Positions 37,501 to 46,733 of a stretch of 60,263 bases of DNA are shown here, piece by piece. Under the pieces are notes generated by a model. It saw only the letters and a list, made by a program, of their open reading frames with translations, had not been told where the DNA came from and made no database searches. The stretch spans positions 1-60,263 of IMG/VR virus record IMGVR_UViG_3300039002_000009. One strand, 5' to 3'. Position 1 is the first letter of the stretch. Every line of letters starts with the position of its first letter. Source of the stretch: a virus. Taxonomy: Duplodnaviria; Caudoviricetes. The position numbers and the translations under genes are program-made.

Positions 37501-39584
37501 AGAACGGCGAGAGCCCTTCTGTGGACCGAGAAATGGTTTCTACGGATGCCATTGCTAAGGCTAGTGCGGCTACAAGCTTTGTCCGAGATGTCTATCGCCG
37601 GAACAAGATCGTTGATGATAGCACGATGATCGATCAACGCATGTCTCCCCATCAGAAAGCGATTCGTGAAACTCTCGAAAAACTGACCCCTCTTATCAAA
37701 CAGCGCGAAGCCTTGGTTGAGTCTGCGGATATGTTCGATGAAGAACGGTCCAGGGATATTGTCTCGAAGCGGTTGCAGGAATTTGATAGAGACAATCAGG
37801 CCGAAATGGAGCGCCTCCTCGAACAGAAGGATAGGCTCTATGATGCGGCTAAAAAGGAGATCCAGTCCGTAGCTCAGAAATCTTCGGATGCTCGCGTTGC
37901 TCTTTGGATGGATTCCGACCATCATCCAGTCTGGCTACAGGGGATGATACAGCCGAACGAGATCCAAGCAGCCAAGGAGATGACGTCGTTTATGGAAGAG
38001 GCTAAACGCGCTGGCGAGAAGCGTGGCTTGGCGATGAGAGATGAGCCCTACGTGACTCATCTATTCAAGCCTGTCGAAATGTATGCGAGAGACCAGAATG
38101 GGGAATCTGCACGCATCGCTCGGGATGTCTTGGACTTCCACCGTCGGCAGGAAGGTAGTATCAATCTGATGCCAAGCATCCATGCCGTGATGGACTACTA
38201 TGTCCCTACGATCAGCCGTAAGCTGGCTATGCAGCCTTTCCTGAACAAATGGTACACAGGAGGCAAGAACGACTATCTTGATCCCAATAGCAAGTACTAC
38301 GCTCCGCATTTCGGGGAATGGATGCAACGGGAGATCAACGAGATGGAACATCCCCGGCAACTCGGGATTGTCGAAAAGGGATTCGGAGTTATCAAGGATG
38401 CGGAGATCACTCGTCTTTTAGCTGCTAACCAGCGGACAGCGGTGAAGCATCTTGTCGGCAAGCTAACCAATCTTGTCGGGCTTCATCATGCCTACACGCT
38501 CCCCGGTGCGACCAATTACATGGCGCTTATGGCTCGCCGTGCGGAGAACCTGCCTCTCGTCGGTAAAGCCTTTGAGGCGACCACGGGGAAAATTCTTGAT
38601 GCCACTCACATGAGCAAGGAGGATGCCCAACTTGTTCAAACCCTCATGTCAAACCTTGCCCTCAATCGACAAGTTCGCAATGCCCTTTATGAGAATGCTC
38701 TTATCGCTGAATATCAGGAACCCATTCTGAACGCCTACTTTGGTAAGGGCGTACGTGGTATAGCAGGTAAGGCCAAGCGGGGATATATCTGGACCCGCAA
38801 TGCCCTCTCTCAGCCTGTGGCTGCCGCCGAAGCATTCGAGAATGGAGTGAACTTCTTGTCCTCCGTTCAGCATGGCGAAGCTGCTGGTCTGACTCCCGAT
38901 CAGAATCTCCGTGGGGCTATCGTGAATATGCTGGCCTACTCCCAGAGAGGCGGCCATGATGCGACACGTTTCGTGAAGAGCCCCATTGGTCGCGTAGGGA
39001 CAGCCTTAACGCAGACTCCATCTAAGATGATGGAACTTTACGCAGACATCGTTCGTAGGGGCGTGACGGGAGAGAAGGATATCTACGGCGGGGATGGCAC
39101 GGCGAATCTTGTGCGTGCGATCTTAGCCTTTGGAGCCGTGAGCACGTTGGGTGTCCTAACCAAAAACAAACTATCTAGGATGCTCATTCATCCACCCATC
39201 ACGAATACAGATTGGTTCTCGGATGCGACTCAATGGGCCTATCATTCTGCTATGGGTCACAAGCAAAAAGCCCTTGATGCCAAGGCGAGAATGCAGGGGA
39301 GCAACTGGGGACCGGCTAATCTAACTCCTGTCACGGATATCATGGCAGACGCTTACGCTGCGATGAACTCACCAAAGGGATTCCTGAAGAAGACCCCAGC
39401 GGTTCAGCAGATCAGATCTGAATTGCCTAAGAGCATGGGGGGCAAGATCCCGAAGGGGTATGAAGATACGCTTCACTACCTCACTACATCTCCTACCGAA
39501 GAGGCAGAGAAGGGGTGGCAGGAAGCCGCAAGAAAGAGAGGACTCCGCAAGATCAAGGCTGATGAAAAGCAAGGCAACGACTAG
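34515..39584 (+). CDS. large ejection/polyvalent protein with a zeta-toxin-like P-loop kinase domain
   Basis: 1689 aa. VLVMMGNPGSGKTT...VIDS...VHAPLEEAVGRNIGR...GRTVP at ~36250-36500. Confidence 0.8.
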   Translation: MADPTFIDDASPEASGTQFIDDAGPSKEMFPRPVSDVMRGTQPATPQPPKEEPGFFKSAWNEALSNQAEIDKTRQEQGNLPAIWQTLRMRANEVKDVTKQVGMAVPRLAGEMATLPTKSSRIINQSLDYLEKEHPEAAQYFETFFPMIQPITLAREDERRKGWDPTEASRMANAWVEKNIQKPVENVKPTTSAGKVARAGSDIAAVTAGTLLAPEAAVPYFVSSAGINTTNMAMEQLQGDPDAVPKAWSAGLLTAAANYAGMKYIPGLSGKIGSMVTARISQPAIAAFLNVGIRGSAMGTFMNTMDNAIAKTFYDPNRPWDQGMGQSVIQMLGYEAAGLPEGYQHEKAVRDLREGADIALKINMASATGKGAMADLSPKLVQEGMRGVEFGEKVSDEANNAYSQFRDNFVRIEKGGSNANEEGQIRQNEEQKHRGSNALSEADRQVRQPEGAVQETPEVDRSSSVPPAGRGQEESAEEVTSLPRTNVPRSQNTALSGRVTEEGQWVDRNWDEFASVYADHPDTAGGKILSADAIADLLPSIQENPVQGHGEAVNSGYPSKIVLDQYDRRMAQPISSPEDENVLVMMGNPGSGKTTVARKNASGYGTVIDSPGADQRGLIDIINTALRNGRRADLVMVHAPLEEAVGRNIGRQGEIGRTVPIESQESLEASTHLAFRRAWETFGDPAYGDQVSFTYIENPNDKNAQNAWTGEEAVNQSGEVRRSNSKTNLLDRAIGAYIRAKGERDVSPEAQSIFEQGIEDQVKAHPASVEGRAVSGDRGVASGMAEETPAPGAPASQEVEDIRATQNIPQETLEKARVGTAKMPPPVPTSARKAQAEDLVREIVPDKATRAAIHATGISGKNPTPEDVVSEALIAQPKKSPFEKNAPEAGAIRLPEKINMGKVMTRLGEVLKASAKEPLEAFKNLSNGAVLKLAKAEDAAGKLQHAYDPSKPGVFPGFADSPIEGSQKPFLKKDLQVGKLGQEFRSPSFQLAPYFENGESPSVDREMVSTDAIAKASAATSFVRDVYRRNKIVDDSTMIDQRMSPHQKAIRETLEKLTPLIKQREALVESADMFDEERSRDIVSKRLQEFDRDNQAEMERLLEQKDRLYDAAKKEIQSVAQKSSDARVALWMDSDHHPVWLQGMIQPNEIQAAKEMTSFMEEAKRAGEKRGLAMRDEPYVTHLFKPVEMYARDQNGESARIARDVLDFHRRQEGSINLMPSIHAVMDYYVPTISRKLAMQPFLNKWYTGGKNDYLDPNSKYYAPHFGEWMQREINEMEHPRQLGIVEKGFGVIKDAEITRLLAANQRTAVKHLVGKLTNLVGLHHAYTLPGATNYMALMARRAENLPLVGKAFEATTGKILDATHMSKEDAQLVQTLMSNLALNRQVRNALYENALIAEYQEPILNAYFGKGVRGIAGKAKRGYIWTRNALSQPVAAAEAFENGVNFLSSVQHGEAAGLTPDQNLRGAIVNMLAYSQRGGHDATRFVKSPIGRVGTALTQTPSKMMELYADIVRRGVTGEKDIYGGDGTANLVRAILAFGAVSTLGVLTKNKLSRMLIHPPITNTDWFSDATQWAYHSAMGHKQKALDAKARMQGSNWGPANLTPVTDIMADAYAAMNSPKGFLKKTPAVQQIRSELPKSMGGKIPKGYEDTLHYLTTSPTEEAEKGWQEAARKRGLRKIKADEKQGND
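35767..35952 (+). CDS. nested small basic protein (61 aa) in an alternative frame
   Basis: AAAGGAGG RBS just upstream of the ATG. MPMKKGKSDKTRNKNIAEAMHS...IEAAAYRQ resembles a phage small basic protein family. Confidence 0.7.
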   Translation: MPMKKGKSDKTRNKNIAEAMHSAKQTGKFGNQKGPFKKLQKSIEAAAYRQQDEAKRKARKR

Positions 39585-39593
39585 GAGGTCATC

Positions 39594-39770
39594 ATGGTTA
39601 AATGGATTTCTAAGGCAATCAAGCACCCTGGAGCACTCCACAAACAGCTCCATGTCCCTGAAGGCGAAAAGATTCCCCAGTCCAAACTCAATGCTGCAGC
39701 CAAGAAGGGCGGCAAGTTAGGCAAGCGTGCGCGTCTTGCCAAAACGCTTGGGAAGATGCACAAGAAATAA
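39594..39770 (+). CDS. small basic phage protein (58 aa)
   Basis: AGGAGG RBS. MVKWISKAIKHPGALHKQLHVPEGEKIP...GKRARLAKTL. Below the ORF-track cutoff. Confidence 0.8.
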   Translation: MVKWISKAIKHPGALHKQLHVPEGEKIPQSKLNAAAKKGGKLGKRARLAKTLGKMHKK

Positions 39771-39775
39771 TTTCC

Positions 39776-39804
39776 TTGACGAGAAGCGACAAAGGATATA
39801 TCTT
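39776..39804 (+). promoter_or_regulatory. sigma70-like promoter
   Basis: TTGACG-N17-TATCTT. Confidence 0.6.
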
Positions 39805-39810
39805 CTCTTC

Positions 39811-39954
39811 ATCAGGGATTGTCATCATGTCGTCTACCCATTCTCTGAGGTTTAGGCTTTAGAGGGTGTTCCCTGGTCACCTCATACCTGTCGGAACCAA
39901 CCCAGGGGATACTGTCGGCGTGCCGTCCCCGTGGCTAACACTGCGGGGACTTTT
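39811..39954 (+). ncRNA. candidate ~145-nt structured small RNA
   Basis: Bounded by a promoter and a terminator, nested stems, no RBS-led ORF. Confidence 0.5.
39925..39954 (+). terminator. Rho-independent terminator
   Basis: GTCCCCGTGG-CTAACA-CTGCGGGGAC-TTTT. Confidence 0.75.
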
Positions 39955-40039
39955 GCGTGTCTGAGATTTGTCTATCAACTACTAACGAATTCTAATTGCT
40001 ACCAATTTTAGGAATTGATCTTATCCAGAAGCATGGACT

Positions 40040-40270
40040 ATGGACCCCTTCGAGCGCGAAAGTGATTTTGATTTCCCCCCAAAGGGGAGTGATTTGTCTC
40101 GCTGGAGAATTTTCATCATGCGAGTCATGGGTGATGAATCAGAAGCATTCGTCTATCTGGACCTTCTATGTAAACAGTTCGGTCCCGACTACACGATAGA
40201 CCTTGACCCCAACATCTTTATGGAGCACGTCGCATGGGTAGCGTTTTCGATGTCGAGAAGGATGATGTAA
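40040..40270 (+). CDS. hypothetical protein
   Basis: 76 aa, abuts the next gene. Confidence 0.6.
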   Translation: MDPFERESDFDFPPKGSDLSRWRIFIMRVMGDESEAFVYLDLLCKQFGPDYTIDLDPNIFMEHVAWVAFSMSRRMM

Positions 40271-40271
40271 A

Positions 40272-42044
40272 ATGAGAATCGCAGACCTCATCGTCCAGCA
40301 GCTTGTCGATAAAGGAATTACAGAGGCATTCATCGTTACAGGTGGGGCCTCTATGTTTTTGACGGATGCTCTCGGTCGTCATCCCGACATGCATGTCACC
40401 TGCATGCACCACGAGTATTCATGCGTAGCTGCGGCAGAGTCCTACTTCCGCCTCACGGGCAAGGTGGCCTGCGTGTGCGTTACCTCGGGGCCAGGAAGCC
40501 TCAACACGCTCGCTGCGGTGCATGGGGCCTACACGGACTCGATGGCTGTGGTGATCCTGTCAGGACAAGCAAGGACCGATACGATCGTGGTTGATTCCGA
40601 GGAATACCGTGACGGATTGCGCCAGTTAGGGGACCAGGAGTGCAACATTGAGGGGATTGCCAGGCACATCGTAAAGAGAATGGTCTATGCCCCGTCGTCA
40701 CCTGGTGGATGTAGCGTAAATTGGCTGAGGGACATCAGTATGACTATTGATCTCGCATCTTCCGGGAGGCCGGGTCCGGTTTGGATGAACATTCCTGTAG
40801 ACATCCAATCCCTTGAAACCAACTGGTCCGATATTAAGGGATTCTTGGCAGAGGACGACATCAACCTGGATCATCGGAATTTTATCACGATGATGGAACA
40901 TCTCTATGTGGCCAAGCGTCCCGTCATCCTTGTTGGTTCGGGCCTCCGTATCGCAGGGGCTATCGATTTGTTCCATTGTGTTAGGGGATCAATCCCGGTG
41001 GTCACGGCCTTCAATGCCCATGATGTTATTCCTTCGGATGATCCATACTTCGTGGGACGTTCTGGAACCATCGGGGACCGAGCTGGAAATCTGGCGGTGC
41101 AGAATGCTGACTTCCTTTTAATCCTTGGATGTCGGTGTAACATCCGGGAGATTGGTTACAACTGGGGACAATGGGCTCCGCACGCATACAAAGTGATGGT
41201 CGATATCGACGAAGCTGAGCTGGGCAAGAAAACGCTCAAAGTTGATTTACCGATCCATGCTGATCTTCATGCCTTTTTAGAGAACATGAGGACCATCCAT
41301 TTGCAATGGCCCGAGTGGCTCGCGCAATGCAAGGGTTGGCAGAAGAAGTATCCAGTAGGCCCATCGATCGGGTCACTACCGACTCGTGACGCAAGAAAGA
41401 TTAACCCATATATATTCTTGCGATGTCTGTGGGATAGCCTTTCCGATGATGACATTGTGGTTTGCGCAAATGGATCTGCTACAGTGATGACCTATCAAGT
41501 TGCCGACATCAAGAAAGGTCAGCGCCTATATTCCAACTCTGGCAGCGCAGCGATGGGCTGGGTTCTATCTGCGGCTATCGGTGCGGCCATGGGGCGAAAA
41601 GGTAAGCGTGTGATCTGCATTGATGGTGACGGGGGCTTCATGATGAACTCCCAGGAACTTGCCACCATCGCGTATCACAAGCTTCCGATCAAGATTGTTC
41701 TTCTCGATAACAACGGCTACCACAGCATCCGGCAGACCCAGCAGCATTACTTCCCGGACTCGCCCATCGGCTTCGATCCCTCGAATGGCGTCGGCTTCCC
41801 GAATTGGGAACAACTCGTGAAGGCTTACGATATCCCATATTTCCGCATGTTCGAGAATGCGCTGAGTTGTGATGGCCCTGCATTCTGCCACGCCATCGTA
41901 GACCCAGATCAACCATTCGAGCCCAAGCTGATGTCAGAGATGCGGCCAGATGGGACGATGGTGAGCCCAACCCTGGACAATATGTGGCCATTCTTATCGG
42001 AAGAAGAACGACGGGCGAATGATCTTTGGAGAAAGGAATCTTGA
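40272..42044 (+). CDS. ThDP-dependent acetolactate-synthase-like enzyme (YerE-like, branched-sugar synthesis)
   Basis: HHE, TSGPG, GRPGPVW, DGDGGF...NNGY. Lies in a sugar-operon context. Confidence 0.9.
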   Translation: MRIADLIVQQLVDKGITEAFIVTGGASMFLTDALGRHPDMHVTCMHHEYSCVAAAESYFRLTGKVACVCVTSGPGSLNTLAAVHGAYTDSMAVVILSGQARTDTIVVDSEEYRDGLRQLGDQECNIEGIARHIVKRMVYAPSSPGGCSVNWLRDISMTIDLASSGRPGPVWMNIPVDIQSLETNWSDIKGFLAEDDINLDHRNFITMMEHLYVAKRPVILVGSGLRIAGAIDLFHCVRGSIPVVTAFNAHDVIPSDDPYFVGRSGTIGDRAGNLAVQNADFLLILGCRCNIREIGYNWGQWAPHAYKVMVDIDEAELGKKTLKVDLPIHADLHAFLENMRTIHLQWPEWLAQCKGWQKKYPVGPSIGSLPTRDARKINPYIFLRCLWDSLSDDDIVVCANGSATVMTYQVADIKKGQRLYSNSGSAAMGWVLSAAIGAAMGRKGKRVICIDGDGGFMMNSQELATIAYHKLPIKIVLLDNNGYHSIRQTQQHYFPDSPIGFDPSNGVGFPNWEQLVKAYDIPYFRMFENALSCDGPAFCHAIVDPDQPFEPKLMSEMRPDGTMVSPTLDNMWPFLSEEERRANDLWRKES

Positions 42045-43111
42045 TGGGAACAAATCTATTCAACGATCTCTTTGTTCTAGAAGCCGCAAATAATCATCTT
42101 GGGAGCATTGAGCGCGGTCTCCGCATCGTGACCGAGTATGGCCATGTCGTGCGCTACCATGGTGTCAAAGCCACGATCAAACTCCAACTTCGCGACCCGA
42201 ATACATTCGTTCACAAAGACTTTCGCGAACGAGAGGACATCCGCTACATCAAGAAGTGCATGCAGTGCCGAATGCCGCGTGAGCATTTCAAATCACTTGC
42301 CGAGGCAATTCGAAGCTATGGGTGTATCGTCTCTGCGACGGCCTTTGATGAGCCTAGTGTCGATCTTGCTGAAGAAATCGGCTGTAAGATTCTCAAGATC
42401 GCGAGTTCAGATGTGACGGATTGGGGTCTTCTGGAAAAGATCGCATCCAAGCGCATCCCGGTGATTGCCTCTCTCGGTGGGACATCCTTAGAGGACATGG
42501 ATAAGATCGTGGACTTCTTTGGCAAGCGCGGCATTCCCCTCGGAATCAACCATTGCGTTGCAATCTATCCAACCGAAGACGAAGAATTAGACCTAAATCA
42601 GATCGACTTCCTGAGGCAACGGTATCCAGGAATGACGATTGGCCTCAGCACCCATGAGCATGGGGACTGGCATACAAGCATGGCTATCTCTTATGCCAAG
42701 GGTGCTCGTATGTGGGAAAGACATGTAGAAGTTGATCATGATGGCATCAAGGTTTCACCCTATTGTTCTCTTCCTCATCAGATCGACGAGTGGTTCCGCA
42801 CCTATGCCAAGGTGAAGGCCATGTGTGGAGCACCGGGGACCGAGAAGCGCATCCCTCCTCGCAAGGAAATCGAATACCTTAACTCGCTTGTGCGTGGGGC
42901 TTATGCTTATCGGGCTATTCCGGCTGGACACGTTATTCAGCGAGGAGACCTCTATTTGGCGGTGCCCCTTCAGAAGGGCCAGCTCAGTTGTCGTGAATTT
43001 ATTCTTGGCGAGAGGTTAACGAAGTGGCTAGATAAAGACGCCCCCTTAACGGTTGATCATATCGATCTTGACCCTTCTCTCAAAAATCTCATTGCTGATC
43101 GGGGCTTGTGA
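42044..43111 (+). CDS. NeuB/SpsE-family nonulosonate synthase with SAF domain
   Basis: EAANNHLG, KIASSD, HCVAIYP, GLSTHE and ERH motifs. Confidence 0.9.
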   Translation: MGTNLFNDLFVLEAANNHLGSIERGLRIVTEYGHVVRYHGVKATIKLQLRDPNTFVHKDFREREDIRYIKKCMQCRMPREHFKSLAEAIRSYGCIVSATAFDEPSVDLAEEIGCKILKIASSDVTDWGLLEKIASKRIPVIASLGGTSLEDMDKIVDFFGKRGIPLGINHCVAIYPTEDEELDLNQIDFLRQRYPGMTIGLSTHEHGDWHTSMAISYAKGARMWERHVEVDHDGIKVSPYCSLPHQIDEWFRTYAKVKAMCGAPGTEKRIPPRKEIEYLNSLVRGAYAYRAIPAGHVIQRGDLYLAVPLQKGQLSCREFILGERLTKWLDKDAPLTVDHIDLDPSLKNLIADRGL

Positions 43112-44280
43112 TGCCGCGTGTATCTATTATTTTGACGACTTTTCAGCGTCCCGCGATGCTTCTCGAAGCAATCAATGGTGCTCTCTCTCAGACCTATGAA
43201 GACTTCGAACTCCTGGTGATGGACAATGCCAGCACAGACTATACCGGTGATGTGGTTCGACAGCTCAAGGACCCCCGATTGCTCTACATCCGCAGACCCG
43301 TAAACAATGGCAGTGCGGCGAACTGGATGGAAGGTCTGTCAAGGGCTAGGGGAGAATTGATCCTTAACACGCATGACGATGACATCATGCACCCAACCAT
43401 GCTAGAACGCGAAGTCGAGGTGATGGACGCCAGTGGAGCGAAGATGGTTGGATGCAATGTGAGAATTGTGGACAAGAATGGCGGTCTAATGCAGGATCGA
43501 TTTAGCCCGGATGCAACGGATCGTATTTTTACTCGTGGGGAATTCATTCGCGCCTATATGACGGAACGCTTCACATTCAAATGTTCTACACAATTGACTC
43601 GGAGATGCGACCATGATTGGATGTCAGGCTCTGGGGATCCGGGAATCGGTCCTTTGGGCGACATCTACATGGTTTGTCTCGCCAATTCGAAAGGGTCTGT
43701 TGTCCACATTGCCGATCCTCTTCTTGATTACCGCGTCCATGAAAGTGGTGAGACATTCACGCTCGACATCACGCCGAGTGATATCAAGTTGCACATGAAG
43801 GTAAGGGATCTGTGCAGATCCTCGGGTCTTGATTGGTGCTTGCCCTATATTCATTCATCTATGCTCCGATATCGCATTCTCCAGTCGCTCATCCATGGAG
43901 TTAAGCCTCGGTCTCTTCTCCGCAAACTCGGTGGTATCGAAACCGAATTCCCTAACAACTTCAGCCTCCCAGTCTTCCCAGACGGACGAGCACGTAAGTA
44001 TCAAGGTAAACGAGTCGCCATCGTTGGCAGCCTTCTTAATGCATTTCTTTTGGCAGAAGAATGCCTTGCGTCCGGGGTGAAGGTGGCTTACTTTGTAGAC
44101 AACAATACCAAGCGTCAAGGGAAGCGTCTCGATGATCTCAACATCTATCCCTTTAACAGGCTCCAAACCGACCCCGTTGATCTCGTTATTTCTTCTTGTG
44201 AGAAACGATCTATCGATCAAGTCCGGCCCATGGTTAGCAAATATACCGACACACATGTTGTTTCTTGGAGGGACCTGTGA
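43108..44280 (+). CDS. GT2 glycosyltransferase with C-terminal Rossmann-like domain
   Basis: PRVSIILTTFQR, QTYEDFELLVMDNASTD, HDDD and YRVH. Confidence 0.9.
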   Translation: MMPRVSIILTTFQRPAMLLEAINGALSQTYEDFELLVMDNASTDYTGDVVRQLKDPRLLYIRRPVNNGSAANWMEGLSRARGELILNTHDDDIMHPTMLEREVEVMDASGAKMVGCNVRIVDKNGGLMQDRFSPDATDRIFTRGEFIRAYMTERFTFKCSTQLTRRCDHDWMSGSGDPGIGPLGDIYMVCLANSKGSVVHIADPLLDYRVHESGETFTLDITPSDIKLHMKVRDLCRSSGLDWCLPYIHSSMLRYRILQSLIHGVKPRSLLRKLGGIETEFPNNFSLPVFPDGRARKYQGKRVAIVGSLLNAFLLAEECLASGVKVAYFVDNNTKRQGKRLDDLNIYPFNRLQTDPVDLVISSCEKRSIDQVRPMVSKYTDTHVVSWRDL

Positions 44281-44288
44281 ATATTAAT

Positions 44289-44468
44289 CTGATGGAAGAA
44301 ATAGCAGAGTGGATCATCATGCCGACTGTTAAGCTGACCGAAAATTCGCCTCGAAAATGGATTAGAGTAATAGGGTTCTTGGGATTTGTGTTCACAATGC
44401 CCTGCATAATCATTGGAGGCATATTCCTAGCTATAGTGATGATTATTGAAACAATTCAAGAGATATGA
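44289..44468 (+). CDS. small membrane protein
   Basis: Long hydrophobic segment filling the gap in the operon; start uncertain. Confidence 0.45.
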   Translation: MMEEIAEWIIMPTVKLTENSPRKWIRVIGFLGFVFTMPCIIIGGIFLAIVMIIETIQEI

Positions 44469-44479
44469 TGGGAGCGAAC

Positions 44480-45178
44480 ATGTCGCAGAAAATGGTTGCC
44501 ATCACTGGAGCAAGCCGTGGGATCGGACTTGAACTAACGCGGAAGTTCTTGGATATGGGATGGAATGTCCATGTCCTTGTAAGACGTTTCAGCGATGAAC
44601 TACGGGAACTTTATCGTAATCCTAAGCTCTCGTTCACCCTCTGTGATCTTGAAAATCCGGAAGCGATCGATAGGCATAGCCTCCCCTTCCTAGACGTTCT
44701 GATCAATAACGCGGCGGCTGTAGATTGGCAACCGCATGTTGATTCGGTCAAAACGCTTCACATGAGCCGAGGTCTTTTGGAGAAGGTCTATGCTGTCAAT
44801 GTGTTCGCTCCCCTTCTCCTTGCACAAAGGTTCGTCCTCAACCCAGATGCCCGCATCGTGAATGTCGTTTCTAGCGTGGCTGAATGCACTCATCCCGACA
44901 TGCAGACGGACTTCCAAGCGGCTTATACTTCGTCCAAAGCCGCACTTCTCGTGCTTACCAAGAAAATGGCTGCGGCATTCGGGCCTCGGGGAGTCGTGGT
45001 GAACGCAGCATGCCCTGGATGGGTGAAGACCCGTATGGGTGGTAAAGATGCTCCGCTTTCAACCTCACAGGGAGCAGATAATATCATCGCCGCGTGCCAA
45101 CTAAATTCAGATCGTCCCGTGACGGGCCGCTACTTCAAGGAAGGTAAGCTGGCTAAATACATCTCGGAATCGCTATGA
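44480..45178 (+). CDS. short-chain dehydrogenase/reductase
   Basis: TGASRGIG, NNAA, YTSSK and PGWVKTRMGG. Confidence 0.92.
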   Translation: MSQKMVAITGASRGIGLELTRKFLDMGWNVHVLVRRFSDELRELYRNPKLSFTLCDLENPEAIDRHSLPFLDVLINNAAAVDWQPHVDSVKTLHMSRGLLEKVYAVNVFAPLLLAQRFVLNPDARIVNVVSSVAECTHPDMQTDFQAAYTSSKAALLVLTKKMAAAFGPRGVVVNAACPGWVKTRMGGKDAPLSTSQGADNIIAACQLNSDRPVTGRYFKEGKLAKYISESL

Positions 45179-46170
45179 AGACATGCCGAAAGATTGAATC
45201 CGGGTTGAGGCTTGGGCCAGAAGGAATCACGCCGTGTTGCATGGGTGTGTGGTCTGGTCCGACCTATTGGGCTCCCAAGGAGATCAAGAACCTCACGATC
45301 ACCAAACAAATGGTGATGCAGAAACGCCAGGAACTTCATACAAAGCTCAATGATCCCGACAGCGATATCGTATGCAAGCGGTGCTCTCAGGTAATCGAGC
45401 AGACACGCGAGCAGCGTTTCAACGAGATAGGCCATGTGAATGTCGCGCATTTCACCTATTGTAACCTCCGATGCGATTACTGCTCTTACACCAAGGCCAA
45501 TGACTTTCGCGCTCCGCTCTATGATCCTCTTCCCTTGCTACAGCAGTTCAAGCTGTCCGATCGCGCACGGGACTGTTGGGTAGATCTCAATGGAGGAGAA
45601 CCAACGCTTCTGCCAAACCTAAAGGATTATATTGACTACTTTCGATCAATCAACGCCTTCATCTCAATGTTTACAAATGGTGTCATTTTCAGTCCCGCAA
45701 TTCACAATGGACTTGTCGATGGCACGATCAATCAGTGCATCGTGTCTCTTGACGCAGGAACTCCCGAGACGTTCAGAATGCTCAAGCGGCGAGATTCTTT
45801 CGACGAGGTAACCAATACGCTTCGCAGATATGCCGTAGCAGCCAATAACGGGAAGGGCAAGCTGATTGTCAAGTACGTGTTCTGTCCCATGAATTCGTGG
45901 AACCAAGACATCCAGCGATTCCCATCCCTGATGAAAGCTATCCGGCCTTCGCAGGTTTGGCTTATGGTGGACTTCACGCCTTTTGCATCGGACCCCCCTA
46001 TTGTCTGTGATCACTCCCGAGAGGTCTATGCATACGCTAGGATCTATCGAGAACTCAAGAAGCTTGGAATAGACGTTCGGCACTTCATGCGCGAGCAGAG
46101 TGGATGTCTCACGCCCGAAATGATTTCCCTCCAAGATAAAATCGAAGAAGAGATCAAAGGACTGCCATGA
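45175..46170 (+). CDS. radical SAM protein
   Basis: CNLRCDYC, GGEPTL, TNG and SLDAGT. Confidence 0.92.
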   Translation: MKTCRKIESGLRLGPEGITPCCMGVWSGPTYWAPKEIKNLTITKQMVMQKRQELHTKLNDPDSDIVCKRCSQVIEQTREQRFNEIGHVNVAHFTYCNLRCDYCSYTKANDFRAPLYDPLPLLQQFKLSDRARDCWVDLNGGEPTLLPNLKDYIDYFRSINAFISMFTNGVIFSPAIHNGLVDGTINQCIVSLDAGTPETFRMLKRRDSFDEVTNTLRRYAVAANNGKGKLIVKYVFCPMNSWNQDIQRFPSLMKAIRPSQVWLMVDFTPFASDPPIVCDHSREVYAYARIYRELKKLGIDVRHFMREQSGCLTPEMISLQDKIEEEIKGLP

Positions 46171-46733
46171 GCGTTAACCAATATCGTCAGGCTCTAGAGA
46201 ATATCGGATCTCAGATGAAGGAAAAGTGTGTTCGGGGTATTTGGTACTATACCCTGGAACTCAGAGTGAAGGTCACAGGTGAACGGCTCCGAACCCTGAC
46301 TGATGCTTTCCGTGGCCCAGACAAGAAAGGTGATAAACGCCTTTGGTCCTATGTAGACAAAACTGATCCTGGTGGTTGCTGGATTTGGATCGGGTCTAAT
46401 GTAGGTGGGTATGGCTATCATTTCTCAAATGGGAAGCGATACAAGGCTCACAAACTGGTTTATACAAAGCTCAAGAAAGATATTGGAACTCGACGCTTGC
46501 GTAACACCTGTGGATGCACCCTCTGCGTTAACCCTGACCACTGGGAGCCCATGGCGAAGACGCGCGGAGTCTATAGGATTAGCAAGAATCTATGGGGTGC
46601 CTGGATTTGGATCGATGGTAAGACAAAGGTCCTTGGATCATTCCCCACAAGAGCCAAGGCCCTACAGGCCAGAAGGCTTGCCGAGATGGCGGCTATTCAT
46701 GTAAAAGGGAAGAGACATGCCAAAACTGCCTGA
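46167..46733 (+). CDS. HNH endonuclease-like protein with AP2-like C-terminus
   Basis: CWIW.G...GYG...AHKL.Y...CGCTLCVNPDH, then GVY...W.A.I...LGSF.T. Confidence 0.8.
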   Translation: MSVNQYRQALENIGSQMKEKCVRGIWYYTLELRVKVTGERLRTLTDAFRGPDKKGDKRLWSYVDKTDPGGCWIWIGSNVGGYGYHFSNGKRYKAHKLVYTKLKKDIGTRRLRNTCGCTLCVNPDHWEPMAKTRGVYRISKNLWGAWIWIDGKTKVLGSFPTRAKALQARRLAEMAAIHVKGKRHAKTA

